A DNA stretch of 64,000 nucleotides, from the NCBI RefSeq assembly GCF_000143415.4, contig NW_003314391.1, forward strand, positions 186,001-250,000, written 5' to 3'. Numbering within the stretch: the stretch's first letter is position 1; every line of letters starts with the position of its first letter. The notes below the pieces were generated by a model. That model saw only the letters and a list, made by a program, of their open reading frames with translations. It did not search any database and was not told the DNA's origin. Source of the DNA: Selaginella moellendorffii (taxonomy: Eukaryota > Plantae > Lycopodiophyta). Positions 1 to 12,256 of the stretch are shown here, in pieces. The position numbers were made by a program, and so were the translations under genes.

Positions 1-429
1 GCTTCATACATTGGCATGTTCATTGCTGTTCAAACCTCTTTGTTTTTTTCCTTTTGCAGCCAAGAGGAGGCGAAAAAATGCTGCCTTTAGTGTTTCAAAT
101 CATATAGCAAATCATAAGGTGGCCATTTCTAGCGTTTGTTAATCAACCTCGACCTTTAGGGCTTCTCGATTCTCCACGATCGAATCTTGGAAAACTTGGC
201 AGCCCGAGTTTAGAAATTATTATATGGTTTTAGCGAGAAGGCGCTCGATCGAGGTTCCAAACAAAGCTCCCAAATCTTTGTGCTGGAGAAGAAGAGAAAA
301 ACCCATTTATGTCCATCCTTCTCATGGCTTTCCAGCTTGAAGATCCTGAGGATGACTTCCTTCTTTGCAAAAAGTCCGTGATGGCCTCAATGACTGTTTC
401 TTGAGCCCTGAATTTTGGCGTAAGAAGGT

Positions 430-1590
430 GGTAATCTTTCTCAAGATCTTCCATACAGTTTGTGCCATGGTAGTTTTTTATTCAGTAATGTGAAGCACAA
501 GCAAACAACCAATTTTGAGGTACTGATTTTTTTTTCTTTGCTTGCTTTTCTCTTCCTTTTGCTTTTTGTTGTCGTTGCTGTTAACTTACGTTGCTCGTGG
601 ATTCGGTCGTTGTTGTTTACTGCTTGAACAGAAGGTTCTTTCCTGCTTTTCTGATTCCAGTTCCTCGATGTTCTTATTGAAATGTTTTTCCCTAGTCATC
701 TCGATCTGGAGACGTTGAGCTCAAGTTTTCTGTGCCTCCTCCTGCTACGTTGCTCCTTTGGTTGTTGCGACTAATGCCGTGCTTGCAGCCCTTTTTTCTC
801 CAGTTCGCAGCGATAGTGCGACCGGGGTGTGCATTGTTTTCAACGCATATGGACCAGACACGAGCTTTTGCAAGCGTTGCCCTCCACGGAGCAAGAGCTG
901 GTTGACATAGTTGCACACGGTGTAAAGAACACATGACGGTCAGCACACAGCTTTCCCAAGTTCGGGTGTCCTGGAGGGACTTCTGGCCTTATCAGCAGCA
1001 CGGCAGAATACTCCAGCAGGGTGGTGATAAACGCGAGCTCCATGATCAGACACTGGTGTAGAGCTGTTGCAGGAGATTGGAATGGCTCTTCCTTCGTTGC
1101 CTTATTGGAACGGGATTTCACTTGGAGGGCATGGAAGTTCCTTGTTAAGGAAGTGCCATTCACGTCACGAGTATGTGAAAGCGAGGACGATGGTCGTTCT
1201 AGTGACGGACGAAGACTTTAAATGCTGCCAAGGTCTGAGTTCTAGGAGTGATTGACTTTGTCACTGCAGCCGATATTCAAGAGATCGGTGAGAAGCGTCT
1301 GACGTAAATCAAGAGAAAGAGATGCATGAGTTTGGAGACGTGTCCTGGTATTCATTGAAGTACAAAGTCATCTACAGAGCATGGACGAAGTAGCAGTGGA
1401 GACGGTGTGAATGATTTCATTGGATTTCTTGAATCTCGAAAGAATTCTTGGTACGTGCTGTTTCTACTTGATCAAACAGTAGTGACTCATTCTTTTCCTT
1501 TTAAATAAAGTGACTCTAAGTAGACTGGGAATGTCACTACAGGGGAAGGCTTTAAAGAGCTCAAGTGGCATTACAACTAGTTATCTGGGT
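430..1590 (+). pseudogene. Degenerate copy of the L-gulonolactone oxidase-like gene (24083-25903), including its upstream region
   Basis: Colinear matches to 23755-25215, e.g. cacagctttcccaagttcg..tgtcctggagggacttctggcct, ccttattggaacgggatttc, gtcactgcagccgatattcaagagatc and the intron start gtacgt...ttgatcaaacagtag. Many short deletions and frameshifts. Confidence 0.9.
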
Positions 1591-2592
1591 ATTTAAACAT
1601 TTAATATTTTTAGGGTTTTTGGCTTAATTTACTTTTTTGGTGCACTTAGGGTTTGTCGTGTATTTGTGGAGTGGGTAAAATATCAAATTTGTTGAAATAA
1701 AATATTAAATTTGTTAGAAGTAAGGTTTTTAATGTTTATCTTAGTTCACATTTTCTTCAAAGAAAGTTAAAAAAATTTATTGTTACAAAAACTCTTTTAA
1801 TATTTATTATGTTTAGAAAGATTTTCTTGAGGAAGGATTATTTCCACAATAAAATAGTTCAACATGTTGTGGTGATGGAGTACTTTGTAATGAAATTAGC
1901 AGATCAAAAAGAGAATCTTGAAAAATATTTCTTTTTTTAATAATTTTTTCAAAATAATTTTTCTTATAGTTTTTATTTTAAAAGGTAATTGTAGCTCAAA
2001 GAGGCATACAAGTGCAATTGAGCCATCAGATTGATGAGGAAAGAATAAAATGGCAAGGGCAAATGCTTGAAAATATTCAATTAAATACCAATAATACTTC
2101 ATGGAGGTCAATTTTTATTTAAAAATTCAATTTTTTGCTTCAAGGAGGTTAACTTGCTATTGTAGCTTTATGTTGATCTTTAAGAAAAATCAATCTCTCT
2201 ATAACAAAAAATGTGAATATTAAAAAATGGGTGGTTGAGCTGGAGAAAAACTTCTCCTGCATAGGAATTGTGCAAAAAAAATTACACTTAATTAATGGCT
2301 AAATCACCATCTTCTGTCATGAGAAAGACATATAGCCACTAATAAAAACTGAAGACCACAAAAATGTATCCACAACCTTTATAGCATGGCAGCTAACTTT
2401 AAAAAACTTGTGGGTAGGCTCTTAGGTAATCTCCTTATCTCTTTCTTATGCAAGCTTTTCTTTTTCTTGGCCAACTCTCATCATCACTGCGTTTTCTTTC
2501 AGGGTGGCGGCAGGGTATGCTTGGATGCAGCCTTTCCTACAGGTTTGAATTATCCCATCAAATTATCCTTGTGTTTTCTTCTTTCTTTCGCA

Positions 2593-4210
2593 GGTCTTGC
2601 ATACGTGAATGTTAATGAGTCTCTTACGAATCAAGAGTGCCTCATTTACCGCCAAGCTGAGAAACTGCTACAGCAAGTGGTTTGTGACGATGCATCATCA
2701 CGTTCATGGAGAGTGCAGACACAGTCCCAGTGATGGGCTGGCAGTGCATCAGCTCAGGTGCTCGAACTTTAACGTCATGCTTGGATCAGGAAAGACTTAC
2801 AGCATCCGTGCTGCGTCTCTGTTCCTCTTTCTGGAGGTTTTTTCCCTGGCACACGGAAGGCTGATGCACGTCAACGGGGAAGATTTTTCAAAGTATCCAG
2901 CTTTGACACTCATCTGCTTGCTTGCCTTGGGTTATCACGACAGCAATGCCGCTCAATACTACGTTCAGAACCTCAGGGATGACAAAGGTGTCCATCAGGT
3001 GATCAAGATCATGCAAAAGATAGTCCAGGGTGATAACAACAGAAGGCTTTATCTGGTGCTGGACGATGATCTCTGCTGAGCACGCGGTTTTACTCTGGAG
3101 TATTGCTAGTTTTGGTGCTGTAGTCTTGTGTGGGAAGTGGCAAGAGTTTCTGAAGGAGGAAGATCGCGCACTTTCATCAACGGCGCATTCAACGTAAGCT
3201 CGCTTCACATGTTAAGTTGCATTTACTAAACTCTCTGTTTGATTCAGGAGGTTGAAATAACAAACTACTTGGCGTTCGTGAAGGCCGACGCTAATACTAC
3301 GAAAGAAAGTATTTGGTGGAAGACTGGCTGGGTTCCGGGGTTAGGAGCGATCGAAAGTACCGTAAGGCTCTTAAAGAGTACATCCAGAATCTGCCTTCGG
3401 AAGATTGGCCTCGTTTCTCAAGCTCCTTTCGAAAGGAGTTGTTGAGGATGACGAAGATGACGACATTTTTGCAGAGCAAGCCGCCGGGGAGTTAGGATTG
3501 CGAGATGTCCCTCAGAGCAGCTTCGCTCCTACGCAGCAAACCAGTTCATGCTCGTGGCATGTCCAGTGGACCAGATCGATGAGCAGATTCGGCTCTGGAC
3601 ATCAGTTATCCAAAGCGATCATCGCGGTATTTTCTCACGAATTGGTCTGAACACACAGCAGGCATGCATTCTTGTGGCGCGGTACAAACAACCCGTCATA
3701 AAGTATGACCAAGAAGGGTCTGTGACTATAACTCCGACAGCAGCCTGCAATTTTCGTGGGAGCTTTACAATGGCGATGACCAAAGAGATCTCCGTTCTGA
3801 CAATTTTCATTCCTATTCATGGGACTGAGAAAGGACTCGGTTGTTACTACGTTGCAGATTCGCACTTCGTAGTCATCCAGTTTGCAACAGGGGCTTGGGC
3901 GATTGAGGATCACGAGCATATCAGGTCGAGAGCACGGGAATTGTTCATGTCAGATGACAAGTCAAGGTCTCACGTCCTTGCGTGGGTGGTGTACTGCATG
4001 AGTCCTTGGTTTGAGACAAGGAAGTTTGCTGTGGCGGGAGGTGGTGAACTAATCTACCATGAGGCCTATCTTAATTTCGGGTGCTTTGACAAGATCTTAA
4101 CCTGTATCGACGAGAAGCTGGGGAGGGTGAGGGATGGTCGGTACCGTGGAGAGGTAATCAGCTTTCGCTTTGCGAGAAAAGAAAGCACACATGACTTCCA
4201 GCACAGATGA
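2593..4210 (+). pseudogene. Degenerate P-loop NTPase with probable C-terminal restriction-endonuclease-like domain (Crinkler/STAND-type architecture)
   Basis: ORF pieces in successive frames: Walker A-like LGSGKT, Walker B-like LYLVLDD, a helical-domain-like KTGWVPG and a later FVVIQFATG segment. At least 3 frameshifts; GT-AG intron near 3193-3248. Confidence 0.5.
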
Positions 4211-4595
4211 CTATGGAAAAGCATTTCAACAAGAAGAATGATCGACATCAATGAACTAGAATCAGAAAAGCAAGAGAGAACCTGCTGTAGCACTACAACG
4301 ACCAAATCCACGAGCAAGCAACGACAACAAACAGCTCAAGGAAGAGAAAAGCAAGCAAAGAAAAAAAAAACAGTACCTCTAAATTGGTTGCGTGCTTGTG
4401 CTTCGCATGGCTCAATAAAAAACTGCCAATGAAATGTCTTGCGCTGGATTTCCACTTTGTTACGCCAAAATGCAGTAAACGAGCAGTAACTCTCCCCGCG
4501 ACGCCAAGAGGGCCCGAGGAAATCAAAGATCAATCAAGCAGAACATACTCAATAATGCCGCAGGACAGTGATCACGCAATCACCTGGAGGTAACG
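4200..4595 (-). repeat. Inverted copy of the GULLO upstream module (homologous to 23535-24055 and 430-700)
   Basis: Reverse complement gives gctcgtggatttggtcgttgtagtgctacagc and tagtcatctgtgct, as at 23914-24054. gaaatcaaagatcaa...ctcaataatgccgc matches the reverse complement of 23563-23607. Confidence 0.85.
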
Positions 4596-4690
4596 CGCAA
4601 AACTATGAGCTTACTGACAAGAGCGACGTCTGCAGCTTTGGAGTGGTGTTGCTGGAGCTCATCACGGGGCAAAAGCCTGTTGTTGAGTAA
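4595..4690 (+). pseudogene. Isolated receptor-like kinase subdomain IX fragment
   Basis: Translates [29 protein letters not shown], the Pelle/[17 protein letters not shown] motif. No other kinase subdomains nearby. Confidence 0.8.
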
Positions 4691-5521
4691 TTTTCAACTA
4701 TAAAAAAAGATGCCACCATTTTCATGCATGCAGTGTAACCACCACGTCTTAAACCCTAGAAGCCGATGTAAAACCCTAGAAAGCGCGCAGCGCTCATCGG
4801 CTTGGAAAAAAGGAGACCAAGTTGAGATCAGGACAGAGTGAAACCAGACCAAGCTTGATTTCCCGCTTGGTATCAAGCTTGATTGAGAGTGTGTAGATAC
4901 GATTGATCGAGCAGCATGATAAAAAAATCGACACAATCGTGCTCAAGAATGAATTTCCTGCATCATTTGAGATTATAGCAATTGTTGAGGTGAGCTATAA
5001 TGCTATCCAAAAACTGGCTCATTCCTTTCGCCTTTTTAAAGGCATTGTGGAGTTGACGAAGCAAGGCGAGATTTCTACAATGTGCTACTCGCTGATTGGC
5101 TAAAGCTGTGCTTTTGTCGTCTAATCACTGGATGTAAGTTGCGGTGGGGAATATGCCACTGACGTGAGGAGCATCGCCACCGTCCGTCGCCTTCCAATTT
5201 TTGAATATCCTGGGGCATTTAATGGTCGCCTCCATTTTACGAGGTCACGGGACCCGCCAACGCGAATCCCCGCCGTCGGATCTCCCCATCGACGGCTCCC
5301 CTGCCCCGGCCAAGTGCCTCTAGTTGTTCTTCCCGGCTATGGTGGCCACGGACTCGATGCCATGGAGGCGTCTAGCAGTCAGCGCTACCGCGGCGCCATT
5401 CTTTTGTGGATCTCCGCCTACATTCATCCCGGCAATGGCTAGGTAGCGCACCGGCGGCTCGAAATCTCCAGGTATCGATCGAGAAGATCGCCTCGATCCA
5501 GCCAAGATCCAAGACTCCGGC

Positions 5522-6073
5522 ATGGTAAACAATGGCACCTCGGCAGATTTCACGAATCCGAGCATGAGCAGGGTCGGCCTCGGCTATGGCATCGCAATCG
5601 CAGTCGGGATTCTCGTGCTCGTCTCCACGATCATGCTCGCCTCCTACGTTTGCGTCAGGGTTCACGGCAGGGCGCAGCTCAATCGCGCGGCGGCAGCGGC
5701 GGCGGCGGCGGCACAGCGGCAGCAGCAGCAGCAATCCAGCAGCAGAGATCGCAGCGATGGAGAGTGGACGATCAGTGGCTTGGACCAGGTAACGCTGGAA
5801 TCCTACCCCCGGATCGTCTTCTCGGCGCAGCAGCCACTGCCGCATCCGCAAGACACCGCTTGCGCGATCTGCCTGGCGGATTATCGCGAGGCGGAGATGC
5901 TGCGCGTTCTTCCCGACTGCCGCCATGTCTTCCACGTCCAGTGCATCGATTCGTGGATGCGCCTCCAGGCAACGTGCCCGATGTGTAGAACATCGCCACT
6001 CCCGACGCCCCAGGCGACGCCAATCTCCACGCCACTCTCGGAGCTCATCCCTCTCGCCAGGCATCCCAGGTAG
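5522..6073 (+). CDS. ATL-family RING-H2 E3 ubiquitin ligase, intronless
   Basis: N-terminal TM (GLGYGIAIAVGILVLVSTIMLASYVC), GLD motif, RING-H2 CAICLADY...LPDCRHVFHVQCIDSWMRLQATCPMCR. Confidence 0.95.
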   Translation: MVNNGTSADFTNPSMSRVGLGYGIAIAVGILVLVSTIMLASYVCVRVHGRAQLNRAAAAAAAAAQRQQQQQSSSRDRSDGEWTISGLDQVTLESYPRIVFSAQQPLPHPQDTACAICLADYREAEMLRVLPDCRHVFHVQCIDSWMRLQATCPMCRTSPLPTPQATPISTPLSELIPLARHPR

Positions 6074-6152
6074 AGAAATCTCGAGAAAATCTTGCTAGAA
6101 CTCTCGCCATTCTTTGTATGATCCTCCCTCTCAACGAGAGCTCTTCCAAGAT

Positions 6153-7124
6153 CTAGATGGCCTTCATCGCAGTGGCGCTGCTCTCCTCGATCGTGATGAG
6201 ATCCAGGAAGCGTCGCTTGGCTTGGAAATAGGGGCTGAGCGCTGGGGTGTGATCCAGATCGTAGCGCTCGTTCAAGAACACCACCATCCTTCCCAGGCTC
6301 ATCTTCATGGTGAAGAATCTCTTGTCGGATCGCAGCAAGCTCTCGAGATCCTGGCACTGCTCGTCAAGCCCCAGCTCCTGGTGGAAGTCGTGAAGATCCG
6401 ACACCGCCGCGCTCTTGGATCTGGTGAGGCTGAGGAACTCGTGGATCACGCTCATCTTGCGGTGCCGCTCCAGCTCCTTGTTCACGACCGAGAAGCGCGA
6501 TCGATCGTAGGGCGAGATCATCGGCTGCCGGTATAATCTCGCCAGCTCCTGTGGCGATTGGATCGTCTCCATGCCGCCATCGTTCTCCAGTGGGATTATT
6601 CCACTTCCAGCTCCAAACATTTCCTCCTCTGGAACCTTGCGGAGCATCGCTAGGGTCTTCTCGCGCGCCGTGATGGCGAGCTCCGGATCCCAGCTTACGA
6701 GCCGCAGCCTCCCCCAAAGCAATCGCGCCCTGTCCCAGTGGAAGAAGCTGGGATTGTGGGAGAAGACGCGCGTGAGCTCCGGGAAATCGAAGCACTCGCA
6801 TCGCAGGAGCTTGGCGGTGGGCAGCATTTCTTTCTGGGACAGCATCAAGAGCTTCCGGATCACAAAGGCCGCGTAGGGCTCCTTGGGGATCTGCCGCTCC
6901 TGCGAGACGAGATCCCTGGCGGTGCTTGAGAATTTGACATCGCAGCTGACCATCGGGAAGGCGCCAGGGTTTTGGAGGAGAAACCTGTGCACTGCCTCTG
7001 GATCCATCCCCAAATCGCTGCCCAACGCGTAGCAATGCTCTACCGGCATCGTCCATCGGTGATGGAGGACGATCGCGCTGCGAATCCGGAGAGCCAGGCG
7101 CTGGGCCTTCTCCAGCTCGCGCAT
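6153..7124 (-). CDS. PORR-domain (plant organelle RNA recognition, WTF1-like) protein
   Basis: Motifs RKLLMLS, LRLVSWDPELA, PMISPY, VIHEFLSLT, VFLNERY, typical of PORR proteins. 323-aa single-exon ORF. Confidence 0.85.
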   Translation of the reverse strand: MRELEKAQRLALRIRSAIVLHHRWTMPVEHCYALGSDLGMDPEAVHRFLLQNPGAFPMVSCDVKFSSTARDLVSQERQIPKEPYAAFVIRKLLMLSQKEMLPTAKLLRCECFDFPELTRVFSHNPSFFHWDRARLLWGRLRLVSWDPELAITAREKTLAMLRKVPEEEMFGAGSGIIPLENDGGMETIQSPQELARLYRQPMISPYDRSRFSVVNKELERHRKMSVIHEFLSLTRSKSAAVSDLHDFHQELGLDEQCQDLESLLRSDKRFFTMKMSLGRMVVFLNERYDLDHTPALSPYFQAKRRFLDLITIEESSATAMKAI

Positions 7125-7181
7125 TTCCCAGTGAAAAAAAGGAAAAAATTAGGGTTCTTGGAAAAACTTAGGGTTCTTGCG
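7125..7181. promoter_or_regulatory. 57-bp head-to-head spacer with two telo-box-like motifs in a 19-nt tandem repeat
   Basis: ggaaaaaattagggttctt / ggaaaaacttagggttctt between the PORR ATG (7124, -) and the BSD ATG (7182, +). Confidence 0.55.
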
Positions 7182-8307
7182 ATGGAGGCAATGTTGCAGC
7201 GCGCGAGGCACGCCATGGAGATCGCGCTAGAGAAATCGAGGGAGCAGGCGCGGGAATTGGCGATGGAGGCCTCCAAGAGAGCCGATCAGATCAAGGATCT
7301 CGCGCTCGACAAGGTGAGGGCTTCTGTGGCTGCTGCATCGCCGCCCGACGCTTCTGCTACTAGAATCGATGAGGAGGAATACCAGCGCTATGGCATTACT
7401 CCGGAGCTCAGGGATTTCGTCCAGGGATTGACGATCGATACATTCCGGGATTTTCCCATGGAAGACCAAGAAAGTAAGTCGGGCTTTAGCATTGCTTGCT
7501 CAATCCCGATTAACAAAGGTCTAGTTTTTTTTCATCGTTTCCAGTCGATGGACACAGTGGCAGCAACGATGAAGGTTTCGACGTTCTTTCGCCATGGAAG
7601 GAACACCATGCATTGCTCGTTCTCTCTGCTGTGCCGGTAATTCTTTACGCTTTAGTAGTGGGAAGTGTTGATTGATTGATTCCCACTCATTTCTTTTCTT
7701 TTCTTCAGGAGATCTCCGAATTTCGCTACAAGCTCTGTCCGAAGCACATCAAGGACAAGCGCTTCTGGAGGATCTATTTCGCGCTCGTAGATGGACACCT
7801 TGCAAAGTAAGAGATATTCTCATTGCCTCTATCTGTCACTGTTGCCTTTTGGACGAGGTAGTGCTCACTCATTCCTTTGAAACCCACTGTGTTTTTCTTT
7901 GCAGGTACAATGCTCCTGCTCAGGATCCTCCTCGTGTGGAATCTCAAAGCGATGGGCATCACACACCAGACACGCTGGCCTTGGCACCTCCGGCCACTGC
8001 ACCAAAAGAGCTTGAGACGCCAGGAAAATCCATTGTGGATGATGAAGATCTCGACAATTATTTGCTGGGTGCCCTTGACGGCGACGACGACGAACATTCA
8101 GGTACAAAAGTAAAAGAGCCCCCTTTTTTTTTTGGTATGATCAAATCGCCCACTTAGCACTTACATTCTGTCGCAGACGGGGATGATGGAAGCCTCGACG
8201 CTGAATTCGAGCAACTTGTCAAAGATACGGTAAGCTCTGCGATGCCACTCGTCAAAACTCCTCTGATAATTGCGCAGGCAATGGATAGCGATACTGAAAA
8301 GCTGTGA
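7182..8307 (+). CDS. BSD-domain protein, about 6 exons
   Basis: YGITPELRDFVQGLTIDTFRDFP, WKEHHALLVLSAVP, EISEFRYKLCPKHIKDKRFWRIYF, with GT-AG introns; stop TGA 8305-8307. Confidence 0.85.
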
Positions 8308-9770
8308 TCGTGGATAACTCCGAACAGTGTGAGTGTGTGCGTGCGTGTATATGAGTGTGCGCATATAGATATATAGACATATATACATGCATCATGTCAG
8401 GGGGCATCTCGTTTCTTGCATCTTGCTCCGACGCGTAGCGTGACTCGAACGCAAGAGGACATATTCTCTCCCCAGAGTGTGCACAGCAGCAGCGCAGCAG
8501 CAACAAGGTCCAGGTTTGTTGTAAGAATTCCTCATCAAAGTCTATTAAACAACACTGCACATTTTTAACAGGGATTTGGAACGATGTTTTTTATTCTCAT
8601 GCGCAACGATTTGCAAAAGCTGCCACGAATGTTTAAAGGTTTTTTGTTTTCGTGTAAGTCCATGGAACCATTAACAAAGATGGATTAGAAAACTTAAAAG
8701 TTGTCTAACTTTGAGGTCATAGAATATGGGATGGAATCTCGCAAGTGAGTCTGGGGTGTTCAGGAAGAAGCCAGATTCTCCCCCGAAGTCCACCGCAACA
8801 AGACAATAATTTGATGGCACGAAGCTTCACCTTTGTCGCTGTATCCAGATACGCAAGTTTCACTCGTGGCCGAATTCGCCTGATAATTGAGCATGTACGC
8901 GGAGAAAGGCTGTATTTTGCTACGGCGAGTGATATCATCGCAAGCTGGCACACAAGAGAAAAACCAAAACAACACGGAGCTCTTCCGGACTGTGCGTGGT
9001 ACTTTTTTCCATGCCAAGGGATCTTCTTTTCCACTCTGGAGATGGCTGACAGTCGGTCGGTCGAGGTTTTTGCTTCGCTCTTTTGATTCTCTCTCGTTGT
9101 AATCCTTATCCACCTCACTTTCGAGGAAAAAAGGAGGCGATAAATCCAATTTGGCATATTTGGTTTTTATTTTGGATAGTTTTTCTATCTATTTTGTGGA
9201 CCTGCAGGTGTGGCTGGACCGAAACAATACACATCACCCTTGAGGCCATGTGTAGAAAAAATTTAACACGCTTTTTTCTGTGGATAGCTCTTTGGACCTC
9301 GAAGAAGATCACTGAAACACCGACAAAAGCAACCAAACCATAGAGGGGATGATGAATCTGTTCAATGTGGCCGGTATATTCACAACAATAATGTCGCAAC
9401 ATCTGTCAAACAAAGGAATTTCCCTTGCTTTTCTACCCGACTCTTTCAATACTTTTCTACTCGAGTCAGGTGTGCTTGGAGAGGTAAAAAAAGAAAAAAA
9501 GAAAAAGGGAAATGAAGTGCCTGTGCAAAATAGGGAGAGGACTTCTTCTGCATCCAGATAAGACTTCTGCGTACGCCCATGCTGTCCTGTGGAGATCCCA
9601 AAAGTTGCTTCAGGCCCTTTGTGGTGGTCACGGGTGTAAAAAAGTAAACAAAGAAATCTCCTTTGACATTTTTATATGAATATTAACATTGTAAAAAAGT
9701 CAAAAGAAGATTTAAAACATGTCAAAAATTTTAGAAAGGTGAGTGCTTTGCTATATCATGTACGTGCTAC

Positions 9771-9802
9771 ACCACCACCACCACCACCACCACCGCCACT
9801 AC
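9771..9802 (+). repeat. (CCA)n microsatellite
   Basis: accaccaccaccaccaccaccaccgccactac. Confidence 0.8.
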
Positions 9803-10387
9803 CAGCAGCAACAATAATAATTCAGATAAAAATGCTGCTGCCACCGTTAGCTCGCCAATGAAATGGTCAAAACATTGAAAGTTCTCTTCGCAAAAGGTTT
9901 CTATGTTCTTCCGAGCTTTGCACATGATTCTCCTTTGCATGCAACTAAATTATTGCAACCCACGCTTGCTTATTCCTCCATCTATTTTGCATTTTATTTA
10001 AGCCTGTGTATCTCATGACCGCGACACAAGAGGCAAGGAAGCAAAGCGAGGTAGTTTTTTAAGAGATTGCGAGCTTGTGGCTTTAGGGGATCTTAGAGAT
10101 CCCAAAATCAAGCCAAAGAAGAAGCCAATCACAAGCGCCGCCTATATTCATTGGGAGGCGCGCCCAAACTTGTTACCAAAAAAATATTACGCGATCCACA
10201 AGACAAGAACCATATAACTAATAACGAATTTGTTGACACTGCGTACGGAGATCCTTCCAGAGCCTGGATGGACACACATGTGTACGGCGTACGAACGCGG
10301 CATCTAGACAACTGTACGGCGGCGCTTGGCCGGGGAAGCAAACAAAGCACACAAAGATGCCGCTGCCAGCACTCGCAATGGGAGGCA

Positions 10388-10422
10388 TGGTGACGTGGCA
10401 TGGCACATGGACACGTGTCCGC
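10388..10422. promoter_or_regulatory. ABRE/G-box pair upstream of the dioxygenase
   Basis: tgacgtggc and gacacgtgtc about 480-500 bp upstream of ATG 10896; TATA-like tttataag near 10604. Confidence 0.35.
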
Positions 10423-10895
10423 GGCTGGCGCGCCGGACCGGCATCTGCCGTGCACGCCTCCGCTTTTCACTTTGGAGAGTTTTACATTTACTGCGCACGG
10501 GCAAACCAAACTCACCCGTCCGTACGCTCCTGGCCCCTGGAACCGGATAAGGGCCAGCGGTACAACCGCTTGGTAGCAGAAGAACAGAGTGGAGACTTCT
10601 TCTTTATAAGCGGCGCCTCGTCTCATTCTCAATCACCATCCGTCTATCAATCTCTCTCGTTAGCTGCATTCTTGGTCGATCGTGAGCTAGGGATCGAGCA
10701 AAGCACGCGCTTCTCTCGATCCGTGCATCCACACCGATCGGTCGCTCGATCGAGGCGGCGACGCCGGAGATTCTTACTCCTGGCACGATATCTGGATCGA
10801 TTCTCTCCATCGGCTGCTCGATCGATCGAATCTCGCGATCTTTCCTCCTCCTTGCGCCAGCGGTGCCCCGATTCTTCTCTCTTCTCTCCATCAAA

Positions 10896-12256
10896 ATGCC
10901 GATTACGACGCGCTCCACCATGCCTAGCAGCACGCCAGCGGCCGAGTTCTTCGCGGCCTACCTCCAGGACTCCGTCACGCAGAAGCTCGATCTCAATGCC
11001 TTCGTGTGGCCCGAGGGACTCCGCCCCGAGACGAGCAGCGGCGGCCAATTCAGCAACGACGTCCCGGAGATCGACATCTCGGCCGCAATGCTGGCCAAGA
11101 ACGAGGGCGTCCGCGCCGCCGTGGCCGCCAAGATCTCCAAGGCGGCCAAGGAGTGGGGATTCTTCCGCATTGTCAACCACGGCCTCCCGCCGGATATGAT
11201 GAGCCGGGCCGAGCGCCAGGCGCACAAGTTCTTCGCGCTCCAGCTGGATCAGAAGATGAGGGCCGCCGGGAGCTCCTCCAACCCTTTCGGCTACGCGGCC
11301 GCCGGCCCCAGCCGCGCCATCATGCGCTCCTGGCACGAGACGCTCTACATGCTGTGCAATCACGCCCGGATCGATAATCTCGCCAACAAGGTCTGGCCTT
11401 CCGCCAAGGAGGCGTCGGATCGCAAGGAGTTTTGGTAAATCCTTCTTCTCTCCCTCGAGAATCTCCTCTCCATGCGTGTCGGTCTCTCCTTCTCCTCGCC
11501 CGCTTTCTTCTGTTCCATAGACGAGAATATATTCCGGAATCTTTCCCGACTCTCCCTTCCTTGATTGGATCCTCTCTAAAGCAAACGAATCTCTCTGACT
11601 CCCGTGCTTGCTTTTCATTGCAGCATGGCTCTATCCGATTACACCACCGCCATGAACAAGCTTGGGCTCCAGCTCCTGGAGCTCCTCCTCCAGGGGCTGG
11701 GCGTGGATCGCAACAAGCTCACACGGCACTACTCTGTAGAGGGCTCCTCGTCCGCCCGGATCAACTTCTATCCGCCATGCCCAAAGCCCGACGTCACATT
11801 CGGCCTCCCTCCACACACCGACTCGGGCACTCTCACCATCCTCCACCAGGACGCGGTGGGCGGTCTCCAAGTCTGCCGCAATGGCAAGTGGATTGGCGTC
11901 CAGCCCAAGCCCAATTCCTTCATCGTCAACATTGGCGACTGCCTCCAGGTACTGCCCACTTTGCTGATTCCTGGCCATCATTCTCACTTTGGTTTTTCTT
12001 GCACCAGGTGTGGAGCAACAACATCTACAAGAGCGTCGAGCATCGCGCGCTGGTCAACAGCTCCAGGGCCCGCATGTCTCTGGCATTTTTCTACAATCCC
12101 ACCGATGACACCATTGTTGCTCCGATCAAGGAGCTGACCAGCGCCAAAACTCCCGCCGTCTACAAGCCATTCAGCTGGGCCGAGTATCGGCTCTATGCGG
12201 GAACACACAAGAGCAAAGTTTTGAACGCCATTGACCATTTCAAAGTCCGTCAATGA
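10896..12256 (+). CDS. 2-oxoglutarate/Fe(II) dioxygenase (DOXC), gibberellin 20-oxidase-like, 3 exons
   Basis: FVWP, WGFFRIVNHG, SWHETL (cf. LPWKET), NFYPPCP, HTD...H and RxS (RMS) motifs. Introns about 11435-11623 and 11949-12008. Confidence 0.85.

Noticed and set aside
1590-2480. AT-rich tract as a MITE or Helitron
   Set aside because: No convincing termini or target-site duplication seen.
5372-6064. Long antisense or alternate-frame ORFs over GC-rich genes (also 10647-11618, 44907-45542, 55871-56494)
   Set aside because: Shadow ORFs caused by high GC; the overlapping frame carries recognisable proteins.
8700-9640. Several 70-146 aa ORFs with splice-like sites
   Set aside because: No recognisable motif and no consistent exon chain; may be a decayed gene.
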